Assembly (NCBI GenBank): GCA_047947115.1
Contig: CP170459.1
Location: 5,440,001 to 5,504,000, forward strand
Source of the DNA: Verrucomicrobiota bacterium
GTDB taxonomy: Bacteria; Verrucomicrobiota; Verrucomicrobiia; Limisphaerales; AAA164-E04
Direction of reading: 5' to 3'
Length of the DNA: 64,000 nt
How positions within the stretch are numbered: position 1 is the first letter of the stretch; each line of letters starts with the position of its first letter. The translations under genes were made by a program, and so were the position numbers. The notes beneath the pieces were generated by a model. It had not been told where the DNA came from. It saw nothing but the letters and a program-made list of their open reading frames with translations, and searched no databases. Shown here one piece after another: positions 52,621 through 62,140 of the stretch.

Positions 52621-53391
52621 ATGACAGATTCCAGCACACCGTTCTACGAAACCGACAAAGCCGTCAGTGAATACCTTTTATTTCATTACGGCAAACCTGA
52701 GGAACAGTTACCGCATGCCTTCGGCCCCGCTTCGGCGTTGAATTACCCCGTGCGCTGTATTTCAGAATGCCTGGATCTTGAAAATGTTCCGACGGGTGCA
52801 CGCGGACTGGACCTGGGTTGTGCTGTCGGACGTTCCTCGTTCGAACTGGCAAAGCATTGCGAAGAGGTCATCGGCATTGATTTTTCCCATGCGTTCGTCG
52901 AAAGAGCCAATCAGTTGAAATCAGACGGCTGTTGCCACTACACCTATGCGAAAGAAGGCAGCATTCAAATCGAAGCGACAGCCGAGCTTGACTCATCCAT
53001 CGACCGATCCCGCCTCCATTTCCAGCAGGGAGATGCCATGAACCTGCCTCGGGACCTCGGAACGTTTCACGTTGTTCTCATGGCGAACTTGATCGATCGA
53101 TTGACTCACCCCACCGACTGTTTATCAAGCCTGGCGAGTCTGATGGAAAGCGGAGGGCAGTTGATCATCACGTCCCCTTACACATGGCTGGAAGAATACA
53201 CTCCAAAAGAAAACTGGTTGGGAGGTTACGAAGATAACGGAAAGAACGTGTCCACATTAGACGGACTCAAAGGAGCTTTGGAGAAAGATTTCGATCTACA
53301 GACCACCAAAGACCTCCCCTTTCTCATCCGGGAACATGCCCGCAAATACCAGTGGAGCGTGGCTCAGGCTTCCATCTGGTTAAGGAAATAA
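52621..53391 (+). CDS. SAM-dependent methyltransferase resembling the OvoA C-terminal mercaptohistidine N-methyltransferase domain
   Basis: Motifs YETD...EYLLFHYG, LDLGCAVGRSSFEL, ANLIDRL, SPYTWLEEYT and IREHARKYQ. Confidence 0.8.
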   Translation: MTDSSTPFYETDKAVSEYLLFHYGKPEEQLPHAFGPASALNYPVRCISECLDLENVPTGARGLDLGCAVGRSSFELAKHCEEVIGIDFSHAFVERANQLKSDGCCHYTYAKEGSIQIEATAELDSSIDRSRLHFQQGDAMNLPRDLGTFHVVLMANLIDRLTHPTDCLSSLASLMESGGQLIITSPYTWLEEYTPKENWLGGYEDNGKNVSTLDGLKGALEKDFDLQTTKDLPFLIREHARKYQWSVAQASIWLRK

Positions 53392-54116
53392 CGCCACTGA
53401 CCGAACACTGACAAACCGCAGACCACCGCTGTTTCCGATCTCAAAACCAGTTGTCCCAGGTCGACTGGCACAGCTCCACTGTTGATGAGGGTCTGAACCT
53501 CTCCATTCGTGAAATCGCCCTCGGGTCCGACACACCAGCACGTGGAGGCGTTCTGAAATGATTGAGCCGCTTTCCACACCGGCAATGGCTCGACCGAATC
53601 GTGCAGATTGCCAAAGGCAATGTTCCAGGCCTCACCCAGTTCGGATTTCAAAGCTTCTATTTTGATGGGGCCATGCAAACGGGGTTTCCAAACGGCTCCG
53701 CACTGCTTCATGGCTTCAATGAGCGTGAGGTTGAGTTTCTCCAGTTTGACTGGAACCTCCTTGCCGGACCAGCGCGAAACGGATCGATCGGATTCAATGA
53801 GCCAAATATCATCCACCCCCAATTCCGTGGCTTTCTGCAGAGAAAGGTCCATGGCTTTGGGCTTGAGCTGTGCTATGGCCAAGCCCAGGCGTTGTGCCGG
53901 TTGAGCCTGTTTCCGTCTGGTTGAGATCCGAACAGTGACCTGCTTCCTCGATCCCTCAAGCAGTTCCCCCGAAAGGCATTCCCCTTCTCCATTCAGAATT
54001 TGAACGTCTGCTCCGGGAGACAGACGCAGGACATTCAAGGCATGACGAGCATCCGCAGCACGCAGCGTCACCACTTCGCCTCGACACTCGGATGGTGGCA
54101 GGAAAAAGCGATGCAT
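53364..54116 (-). CDS. rsmE: 16S rRNA m3U1498 methyltransferase
   Basis: Motifs HALNVLRL, QKATELGV, VGPEGDF and LGQLVLRSETA. Confidence 0.92.
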   Translation of the reverse strand: MHRFFLPPSECRGEVVTLRAADARHALNVLRLSPGADVQILNGEGECLSGELLEGSRKQVTVRISTRRKQAQPAQRLGLAIAQLKPKAMDLSLQKATELGVDDIWLIESDRSVSRWSGKEVPVKLEKLNLTLIEAMKQCGAVWKPRLHGPIKIEALKSELGEAWNIAFGNLHDSVEPLPVWKAAQSFQNASTCWCVGPEGDFTNGEVQTLINSGAVPVDLGQLVLRSETAVVCGLSVFGQWRYFLNQMEA

Positions 54117-54131
54117 GACACACGCACCGGA

Positions 54132-55292
54132 TCAATTTCCGGTGAAGAACTTCTTGGCTTTTTCGAAAAACCCATTTGAGATGGGATTCACCCGGTCATC
54201 ACAGGACTCGGCAAACGCCTGCAACTTCTCCTTTTGCTCGGCATTCATGCTGGTGGGAACTTCGACATTCACGCGAACGTGCAGATCCCCCCATCCGTAA
54301 CCCTTGACATTTTTAACACCTTTGCCGCGCAAACGGAACACACTGCCCGGCTGGGTGCCAGCAGGAATACGAATCGTGGCCTTACCGGACAAAGTGGGAA
54401 CTTCGATCTCAGAACCCAGAGCAGCCTGCACAAAACTGATCGGCACTTCGCAGATGAGATCATCCCCTTCGCGATCGAAAATTTCGTGTTCACGCACATG
54501 GATCACCACATAAAGATCACCGGAGGGACCACCTCGCACACCACTCTCACCCTGCCCTGTTGATCGAATCCGAGCCCCGGTATCCACACCGGGCGGAATA
54601 CGGAGTCGCACTTTGGAAGTCTTCTCCTTTCGCCCCGCCCCTTGACATCGTTTGCAGGGTTTTTCGATGGTTTTACCGGCGCCATGACACCGAGGGCAGG
54701 TTTGTGTGAAGGTGAAGATACCTCGCGATGTCGCGATCTGACCTTTCCCGTGACAAGCGGTGCAGTTGACTGTGCGGGAACCGGGAGAGGCTCCGCTGCC
54801 TTTGCAATCCTCACAGGCATCCATTTTGGTGATGGGAATTTCCTTTTCACATCCAAGACTGGCTTCTTCAAAGGAAATCTCCATGTCATAACGAAGGTCG
54901 GAACCACGTTGCGGGGCGTTCGGATCACGGCGACCGCCGCCACCGAACAGATCTTCAAAGATGCTTCCACCACCACCGCCGCCACCGCCACCGCCGAAGA
55001 CTTCGCGGAAAATGTCGAAGGGATCATGGAATCCGGCGCCACCACCACCGGCCCCGCGCGAACGAGGATCGAAGGCGGCATGACCATATTGATCGTATGC
55101 GGCACGCTTTTGAGGATCGCTCAATGCTTCATAAGCCTGCCCCAATTCCTTGAATCTTTCTTCGGCTTCCTTGTCACCCGGGTTTTTGTCGGGATGAAAT
55201 TTGACGGCCTGTTTACGGTAGGCCTTCTTGAGCTCCTCCTGGGAGGCGCTGCGATCGACACCGAGAATTTCGTAGTAATCCCTTTTGGACAT
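54132..55292 (-). CDS. dnaJ: Chaperone DnaJ
   Basis: J-domain HPD, G/F region and four CxxCxGxG repeats. Confidence 0.98.
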   Translation of the reverse strand: MSKRDYYEILGVDRSASQEELKKAYRKQAVKFHPDKNPGDKEAEERFKELGQAYEALSDPQKRAAYDQYGHAAFDPRSRGAGGGGAGFHDPFDIFREVFGGGGGGGGGGSIFEDLFGGGGRRDPNAPQRGSDLRYDMEISFEEASLGCEKEIPITKMDACEDCKGSGASPGSRTVNCTACHGKGQIATSRGIFTFTQTCPRCHGAGKTIEKPCKRCQGAGRKEKTSKVRLRIPPGVDTGARIRSTGQGESGVRGGPSGDLYVVIHVREHEIFDREGDDLICEVPISFVQAALGSEIEVPTLSGKATIRIPAGTQPGSVFRLRGKGVKNVKGYGWGDLHVRVNVEVPTSMNAEQKEKLQAFAESCDDRVNPISNGFFEKAKKFFTGN

Positions 55293-55330
55293 GATTTATT
55301 GAATGGGTCGTCTGTCCCGGAAGTATCTGA

Positions 55331-56005
55331 TCAGGAAGCGTCGTTTGATTCGGTTTCGGAAGATGGGGCTTTGGCCACCACCACATTGGCTGGACGGATG
55401 AGACGTTCGTTCAACTTGTAGCCTTTACGAGCCTGCTCGACGACTTGTCCTTCCGGAACTTCGGTGGTTTCCTTTTGCGACACGGCTTCGTGCCAGACAG
55501 GATCAAAGGCTTTGCCAAGCGCATCCACTTCTTCAAGACCAGCCTCTTTCAAGGTCGATTTCAATTGGTTGTGCACCATTTCGATCCCCATTTTGATGGA
55601 TGCCACACTTTTGTCATCCACATTTTGAACCGCCGCCATAGCCATTTCGAAATGATCCATGGTGGGAATCAAACGTTCCATCAGGGCTTCGTTGGCATAC
55701 TTGACGGCTTCGGAACGTTCGCGGGCAGCGCGTTTTTTGAAATTATCGAATTCGGCATTCAAACGCACAAAACGATCCCAATACTCATCGGCTTTTTGCG
55801 CCTTTGCTTCAAGATCGTTCCATTCCTTGCGTATGACGGTCACCGGAGAGTCGTCTTCTTGGTCGTCATTCCCCTCCTCAGTTGCATCAGCGTCGGCATT
55901 TCCGACCACTTCCACATTCACTTCATTGTTGTCCGAAGCGGTTTCGTTGGTCGCTTCTGACGCTTCAGGTTTTGTCTCTTCAGATTCCTTACTCATATCC
56001 TTCAA
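55331..56005 (-). CDS. grpE: Nucleotide exchange factor GrpE
   Basis: Motifs AEFDNFKKR, FDPVWHEAV and KGYKLNERLIRPANVVV. Start may be 55996. Confidence 0.95.
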   Translation of the reverse strand: MKDMSKESEETKPEASEATNETASDNNEVNVEVVGNADADATEEGNDDQEDDSPVTVIRKEWNDLEAKAQKADEYWDRFVRLNAEFDNFKKRAARERSEAVKYANEALMERLIPTMDHFEMAMAAVQNVDDKSVASIKMGIEMVHNQLKSTLKEAGLEEVDALGKAFDPVWHEAVSQKETTEVPEGQVVEQARKGYKLNERLIRPANVVVAKAPSSETESNDAS

Positions 56006-56129
56006 TCAAATACTTCAACTACCGTTAAAGAACTTGGGAACATACGCAAGAGTCGGAAGGGATGCAACAGGAACCCAAAGTGTTTTGTGATTTTTTTTGG
56101 CCCAAAAACGGAATAAATCCAACAATCTT

Positions 56130-57038
56130 TCACCCCTTCCGCATCAGGTCCCAGGCCACCAACCATTCCTCACGCACTCTTCTGAACCCCATTTCATTGA
56201 GACGTCGATCCATGTCCGGCATGTGACCGGCGCCGTAAAACACAGCCAGACGCTTTTTTCCAGACTGTATTTCGCCGGAGAGCACCTGAAACGCCTTGTC
56301 GTTGCGACCACGTAAAATCACCGAACCTTTGCCGTCCATTCCTTGATCAATCCCCGCCATCATGGCCTCCAGCTCATTCAACTGTTGAGCAAACATCCAT
56401 TTGAGAGTGTGCTCACGATCGCTACTGGCAAGGGCGGCGAGCAACCCCAGCCCGTTTAAGCCGGATAATTGTCCGCTGGCCATCATCTGCTTTTCCTGAA
56501 AGAAGGACTGAAGCGCGAGGGTGAAGAAGTTTTCACCTTTCTCACCTTGCAGTCTGGAAAACGTCGCCGGATCCAGATCGGCATGCACGAAATTTTTGAC
56601 ACTGTAATCGATCCCCTCCAGTTGAAAATCCAAACCCAGCATATTCTTCATGCCCAACTGCATCTGACTGACCGGATGCCCGCTGCCCGAGATTTCCGAA
56701 GGATCCACTTCTTTATCCTTGATCATCTCATAAAGCACGGAATCATAGATTTTGAACCGCTCGTTCAACACATCGTAATAGGCTTTGTCACCGATATGAA
56801 CCGCCCCCACCAGAGCCACTTCCACTCCGGCAGGGTGACGATAAGTCTGGATCGCGGTATCCACATGCCCTTCACGGTCACCCGTTTTCACAAAACGCAT
56901 AAACGTTACGTCCGCACCAGTGGCTTCTGCACAATAAAGTAAAGCGACCAGCGACATCCAAAGGATGCTCTTCTCCACAAATTCCCTGGACCTGTCTCTC
57001 ATGTTGGGGAACTTAACGAGGAACCAGCGGCAAAGCAA
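56130..57038 (-). CDS. Secreted hypothetical protein (TraB/GumN-like motifs)
   Basis: Motifs GAVHIGD..YY, VLYE, RND and FYGAGHMPD. Start uncertain. Confidence 0.6.
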   Translation of the reverse strand: MLCRWFLVKFPNMRDRSREFVEKSILWMSLVALLYCAEATGADVTFMRFVKTGDREGHVDTAIQTYRHPAGVEVALVGAVHIGDKAYYDVLNERFKIYDSVLYEMIKDKEVDPSEISGSGHPVSQMQLGMKNMLGLDFQLEGIDYSVKNFVHADLDPATFSRLQGEKGENFFTLALQSFFQEKQMMASGQLSGLNGLGLLAALASSDREHTLKWMFAQQLNELEAMMAGIDQGMDGKGSVILRGRNDKAFQVLSGEIQSGKKRLAVFYGAGHMPDMDRRLNEMGFRRVREEWLVAWDLMRKG

Positions 57039-57100
57039 CCACCATTGGAATGGTGAATTTAAAATGGTGAATTATTGGTGAGGGGTGAGTTCAAGACATG

Positions 57101-57330
57101 GGTAGAACGTGTCGCCCCCGACGCGCCCCTCATGGCAGCCGAACTTAATTTCACCCAACAAGGGAACCGCCTATAGCATCCAACAAACTGAATCCCGACA
57201 CCCCGCCTGGACATCACAATTAAAAATCTTGTCTTCACTCCTGTGGTTCTTTGCGTCTCCGCGCCTTGGCGACACAAACAAGAAACCATCGCAAACACTG
57301 AAGTCTGTAAAAGTTCAATGCAGGATTCTC
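57101..57330 (+). repeat. Dispersed intergenic element starting with a GTAG hairpin, copy 1
   Basis: Shares GGTAGAACGTG...CCCTCATGGCA.CCGAACTTAATTTCACC, CTTTGCGTCT and GTTCAATGCA.GATTCTC with 63662-63868. Confidence 0.65.
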
Positions 57331-57469
57331 CCACATTTTAAAAAACCGCTTTACAAAAATTGCACCCAGCACACCGCAAAATGCGTCATGGATTCCCCAT
57401 TGCCTTTCAAGGGGAAACCCCTTAGCTTGATTAGCAAGTTTCCAAAACCTATTTAAGCGAGGCAAGGGT

Positions 57470-58030
57470 ATGAGTAAGGACGAGCTTCAAGCATCAGGCG
57501 GATCGGATCGCCGCGGTTTTATGCGCGGTGTGCTGGCCATGATCACAGGAACCCTGGCGTTGCTGGGGCCTTTGGTCGGAGGTTTGGCGGTGGTTCTGGA
57601 ACCACTGCGACAGAAAAAACACGGCCAGGCGGGCGGGTTCATCAAAGTCGGCCAGTTGGCTTCCTTGCCCAACAACGGGTTGCCCAAGAAATATGACATC
57701 CTGGCCGACAGACAGGATGCTTGGAACCGATACCCCAATGTCCCTGTCGGATCAATCTATCTGAGACGCACCGAGGATGATCAGATCACTGCATTCAATA
57801 TTATCTGCCCCCACGCCGGCTGTTTTGTTCAGGTGGACCAGCAGCAGAAACAATATAACTGCCCATGCCACAATAGCCAGTTCAAGCTGGACGGCTCTAA
57901 ATCCAACGCCGACAACCCCAGCCCACGCGGCATGGACCCGCTGGATGTCGAGATTCGCAATGGCGACGAAATCTGGGTGCATTACCAAAGCTTCAAAACC
58001 GGTGTAGCCGACCGAATCCCAAACAGCTGA
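57470..58030 (+). CDS. Rieske [2Fe-2S] subunit of a Rieske/cytochrome b complex
   Basis: Tat-like DRRGFM plus TM helix. Motifs CPHAGC and CPCHNS. Confidence 0.92.
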   Translation: MSKDELQASGGSDRRGFMRGVLAMITGTLALLGPLVGGLAVVLEPLRQKKHGQAGGFIKVGQLASLPNNGLPKKYDILADRQDAWNRYPNVPVGSIYLRRTEDDQITAFNIICPHAGCFVQVDQQQKQYNCPCHNSQFKLDGSKSNADNPSPRGMDPLDVEIRNGDEIWVHYQSFKTGVADRIPNS

Positions 58031-59874
58031 TGCATATTTTCCTGAAATGGTTAGAAGAACGAACCGGGCTGGTTAAATCGTTCGAATCACTCCTGTTCCG
58101 GAAAATCCCGGGCGGGGCAAAATGGCGTTACACATGGGGAGGATTGCTGGTGTTTATGTTCGTCGTGCAGGCCATCACGGGATTCGCCCTGTGGATGGCC
58201 TACAGTCCGAGCACCCGAACAGCCTGGGAAAGCGTTTTTTATATCCAGCACATCATGCCATTCGGATGGCTTGTCCGTGGTATCCATTACTACGCCGCCG
58301 AAGCCATGGTGATCCTTGTCCTCCTGCATGTGCTGCAGAAAATCTGGTTCAGAGGTTACCAAAAGCCACGTGAACTGATGTTTTGGCTGGCCATGGCGAT
58401 GGCCCTGGTGGTCGTGAGTTGTTCTCTGACCGGCTACCTGCTGCCATGGGATCAGCAGGGGTATTGGTCCGCAAAGGTACGGACGCACATCATGTCCCTT
58501 TCACCCGTGATCGGCCCCTATCTGGAGAGCATCTCAGTGGGAGGCGATCATTTCGGGCACTTCGCCCTGACGCGTTTCTTTGCCCTGCATGCGGGCTTTT
58601 TTCCATTTCTGCTCGTCCTTCTTTTAGTCGGCCGCATGCTGCTGATGAGACGTTATCGCCAAATGGAAACCGAATCAAAACCGGATGTGATATCGGAACC
58701 TTTTTGGCCAAACCAAGCCTTGAAAAACGCTTTGACCTCCCTGGCCGTGATGGGTGTCGTGTTGCTGATCACCGTCAAACCTCAATGGTTTGGGTTTGCT
58801 CACTTGGGAATGGGGGCTCCATTGGCTTCGCCGGCTGATCCCACCGACCTTTACGCAGCTGCACGTCCGGAGTGGTACTTTCTGTTCCTTTTCCAGTTCC
58901 TGAAATATTTCCCCGGCGAACTGGAAATTGTCGGAGCCATCGTCATACCGGGAGCCATCGTAGGTTACTTCGCACTGATGCCTTGGATCGGGCGCCATAT
59001 CGCCGGCCACGTGCTGAACATCCTCGTGAGCATCTTCTTGTTGGGCGGTGCCATCTGGCTGACACTCATAGCCAAAAACAACGATGCCCGAAATGCGGGC
59101 TATCAGACCGCGGCAAAAGAAGCTCAGATCAAGGCGGCAAGAGCCATTGAGTTGGCTTCCGGACCCAATGGCATCCCGGCACAAGGCGCCCTGCAACTGC
59201 TTCATCAAGATCCCAAAACACAAGGCCCGCAACTGTTCGCCACCCATTGCTCAAGCTGTCACCGTTACGACGGGCATGATGGCCTTGGGGCAATCCCGGC
59301 AGACGCTCCCAGCGCACCGGATCTCAAAGGATTCGCTTCAAGGCAATGGTTGACGGAATTTCTGAACCCGGATCATATCGCCACGGAACGTTACTTCGGT
59401 GGTACCGCTTTTGCCGATGGAGACATGGTAAAGTATGTTACTGACGATGTGGCTGAATTTGACGCAGACAAAAAAGACGCCCTGGCTGCAGTTGTCAGGA
59501 TTCTGTCGGCAGAAGCACAACTCCCGTCCCAAAAGAATCCAAAAACAACAGAAACACCACTCAGCAATGAAGATAGGGATGAATTGTTTTACGACGTCGG
59601 ATGCACGGAATGTCATGAATTTCATTTTGAAGATGAGGATATGGACGGACCGGACCTTACGGGTTATGGTTCACGTGGGTGGATGATCGAATTCATCTCC
59701 AACCCGGCTCATGCCCGCTTTTACAAAAGAAACAACGACCGCATGCCCTCCTTCCGTGAAGAAGGCATTTTGGACGAAGAAGCCATCGGTCGCCTGGCTG
59801 ACTGGCTGCGAGGCGATTGGTATGAACCCGAAGAAAATCAAGCATCGGTCGCGATCGCGGAACCTGCGCCATGA
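58030..59874 (+). CDS. Cytochrome b (b6 + subunit IV type) fused to a di-heme cytochrome c
   Basis: H86, H100 and H187, GYLLPWDQ, PEWY. CxxCH twice (CSSCH, CTECH). Confidence 0.9.
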   Translation: MHIFLKWLEERTGLVKSFESLLFRKIPGGAKWRYTWGGLLVFMFVVQAITGFALWMAYSPSTRTAWESVFYIQHIMPFGWLVRGIHYYAAEAMVILVLLHVLQKIWFRGYQKPRELMFWLAMAMALVVVSCSLTGYLLPWDQQGYWSAKVRTHIMSLSPVIGPYLESISVGGDHFGHFALTRFFALHAGFFPFLLVLLLVGRMLLMRRYRQMETESKPDVISEPFWPNQALKNALTSLAVMGVVLLITVKPQWFGFAHLGMGAPLASPADPTDLYAAARPEWYFLFLFQFLKYFPGELEIVGAIVIPGAIVGYFALMPWIGRHIAGHVLNILVSIFLLGGAIWLTLIAKNNDARNAGYQTAAKEAQIKAARAIELASGPNGIPAQGALQLLHQDPKTQGPQLFATHCSSCHRYDGHDGLGAIPADAPSAPDLKGFASRQWLTEFLNPDHIATERYFGGTAFADGDMVKYVTDDVAEFDADKKDALAAVVRILSAEAQLPSQKNPKTTETPLSNEDRDELFYDVGCTECHEFHFEDEDMDGPDLTGYGSRGWMIEFISNPAHARFYKRNNDRMPSFREEGILDEEAIGRLADWLRGDWYEPEENQASVAIAEPAP

Positions 59875-60081
59875 GGATACCTTCACATCTTCCGGATTAG
59901 AAAAGGACGCCCCGCGTCCGGCCGAGACAAGTCCGGTTCTGGGATTCAGGGAACATAAAACGAAAGATTTCTCCCGTTTTTGCTGGCAATGGGTCGGCAG
60001 TTTTCCTAAAAGAGCCGTTTCGAATAGGGGTTACCCGCCAGAAACCGGGTAGCAACCATCACTAAAAGAGAGTGTTTGCAA

Positions 60082-60426
60082 ATGAAATTCGTGCTGACAA
60101 CGCATAATATTAAATTAACAAAATCGATCGAGAACCATATTCTCGGACGTATCGACAAGTTGGAACATCTGGATCGATGGGCCATCGACGCCCGCGTCAA
60201 CCTGGAACATGACAACACACGTTCCCCGGAAAAACAATTCAAGTGCTCCATTCGATTGGGGGTCAAAGGAAACGACCTTTACGCGACGGACTATGAAAAC
60301 GATCTTTATGCAGCCATGGACTTGGTAACCAAGAAGATCGAACAACAGATCCGCAAGCGCCACAGTAAAAAAAAATCCAAAACACAAAGTGAAGCCGCTC
60401 GTAACAAGCGACTCCTTCAAGAATAG
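60082..60426 (+). CDS. raiA: Ribosome hibernation factor (RaiA/HPF)
   Basis: Motifs LTKSIENH and DLYAAMDLVTKKIEQQIRK. Confidence 0.85.
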   Translation: MKFVLTTHNIKLTKSIENHILGRIDKLEHLDRWAIDARVNLEHDNTRSPEKQFKCSIRLGVKGNDLYATDYENDLYAAMDLVTKKIEQQIRKRHSKKKSKTQSEAARNKRLLQE

Positions 60427-60466
60427 CCGGTCAAGTTAACCGACACCAAACCCATGATTTTGGCAT

Positions 60467-60500
60467 GCCGCTCGACCCCACATCGAGCGGCTTCTTTTTT
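60467..60500 (+). terminator. Intrinsic terminator after raiA
   Basis: GCCGCTCGA-ccccaca-TCGAGCGGC then TTCTTTTTT. Confidence 0.8.
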
Positions 60501-60511
60501 AATCTCCACAG

Positions 60512-60650
60512 GTAGATGGGATCGTCCCTGATCCGAGGTAGATGGGATCGTCCCCGATGCGTAACCTCATGCCATTGGAAATCAAAATAACTTCACGAAG
60601 GAAAGCCAACAGGCCCTTGGCCGGTAGGGATGCGCTGCCGCGCGTCCGCC
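60512..60650 (+). repeat. Cluster of GTAG-hairpin REP-like sequences
   Basis: Tandem GGTAGATGGGATCGTCCC.GAT at 60511 and 60537, and GTAGGGATGCGCTGCCGCGCGTCC at 60624. Confidence 0.6.
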
Positions 60651-60742
60651 AAAGCGTCCGCTCAACGCCTCAACATCTCGAACACACTTTACGCTCCCGC
60701 GGCCCCGCGGCATCGGGACCCAACCCATCGCCCTAACCTCAC

Positions 60743-62008
60743 ATGCCCACCACCCCCGAACCCCAAATCATACGCTGCCGCTGCCTGCTCCCGGTTAGCT
60801 CTCCCCCGATTTTCGATGGTGGTATGGTGGTGGCATCCGGCTTGATCCAAGACATCGGCCCGTGGAACCATATCCGGCAGCTTTACACGGGAACCCACAT
60901 GGACCTCGGAGAGAGCGTATTGATGCCCGGATTGATCAACGCTCATTGCCATCTGGAATACACCCAAATGGCAGGCAAGCTCGATCCACCTGCCTCCTTC
61001 ACAGACTGGATCCGGAAAATGATCGACCTCAAAAAATCCTGGTCTCCGGGGGATTTCCAACACTCCTGGCAAACCGGATACAACCAATCCACAGCATCCG
61101 GAACCACCACCATTGCGGACAACCTTTCACAACCCATCCAACTTTCGCGGGAACAACTCAGCCAAGGTGCACGCCTGATGGCTCTGTTTGAATGGATTCA
61201 ACTGGAAGGCACCCCCTGGACCTCCGAACAACATCAAGACAAAGGGTTTCTATGTCAATCAACTGACCTGGCTTCTGGCCTCATCTCCGGACTGGCCCCC
61301 CACGCCCCCTACACCACTACACCGATATTGTGGCGATTCATTCAAGAACACCCTGAACTGTCAAAAAGACCCATCTCCGTCCACCTGGCCGAATCTCAGG
61401 AAGAAATGGATCTCTTTCAAAAGCATTCCGGACCAATGCACGATTGGTTCTCATCCATAGGCCATCTGCCGAATTGGGGAACGGGAAGCCCGGTTCAATT
61501 ACTTGAAAGCAAAGGAGCCATTCGCAATGGAACCATCATCATCCACGCCAACGGCCTGGATGACTCTGATTTGGCAATCCTGGCCCATCACAACATCGGC
61601 ATCGTCCATTGCCCTCGCAGTCATCACTACTTCCAACACCCGGCTTTTCAACTGGAAAAATGCCTGAACCACAACATCCCGGTTGCACTCGGAACGGACA
61701 GTCTGGCGTCGATCCGTCCTGATCAACATCCTCAAAGCCTCAGCATGTTCCACGAAATGCAATCCCTGCTGAAATCCTTCCCGACACTGCGTCCTCAAAT
61801 GGCCATCGAGATGACCACCCTGACCGCTGCAAAAGTGTTGGGACTGGATTCGACCATCGGCAGCCTCGCCCCCGGCAAACAAGCAGACTGGATCAGCCTC
61901 CCCTGCAAAGGCACGGAAAGGGATCTGCTCGAGGCCATCATCCATACCAAAACTCCACCCCAAAAAGTCGTGATCGGAGGAAAAACCATGCTCGAAAAAC
62001 AGATCTGA
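60743..62008 (+). CDS. Amidohydrolase family metal-dependent deaminase
   Basis: Motifs PGLINAHCHLE, SGTTT, PHAPY, HLAES, HCPRS and LGTDS. Confidence 0.85.
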   Translation: MPTTPEPQIIRCRCLLPVSSPPIFDGGMVVASGLIQDIGPWNHIRQLYTGTHMDLGESVLMPGLINAHCHLEYTQMAGKLDPPASFTDWIRKMIDLKKSWSPGDFQHSWQTGYNQSTASGTTTIADNLSQPIQLSREQLSQGARLMALFEWIQLEGTPWTSEQHQDKGFLCQSTDLASGLISGLAPHAPYTTTPILWRFIQEHPELSKRPISVHLAESQEEMDLFQKHSGPMHDWFSSIGHLPNWGTGSPVQLLESKGAIRNGTIIIHANGLDDSDLAILAHHNIGIVHCPRSHHYFQHPAFQLEKCLNHNIPVALGTDSLASIRPDQHPQSLSMFHEMQSLLKSFPTLRPQMAIEMTTLTAAKVLGLDSTIGSLAPGKQADWISLPCKGTERDLLEAIIHTKTPPQKVVIGGKTMLEKQI

Positions 62009-62140
62009 ATGAATTCAGAAAAAGGAGCGTCAAAATTTCCGGCTTACAGGTGATCTTGAGCATTGACCCATGCGGGGATTTGACTACGATGATCTCGAGC
62101 CTCCTAAAGAGAGAAAAACTCATCAAAATTTTTGAGTCTT

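Noticed and set aside
56006..56129. CIRCE element upstream of grpE-dnaJ
   Set aside because: No TTAGCACTC-N9-GAGTGCTAA match was seen.
59984..59999. Possible sigma54 site upstream of raiA (TGGCAATGGGTCGGCA)
   Set aside because: GG-N10-GC spacing is present but the -12 element matches poorly, so it could be chance.
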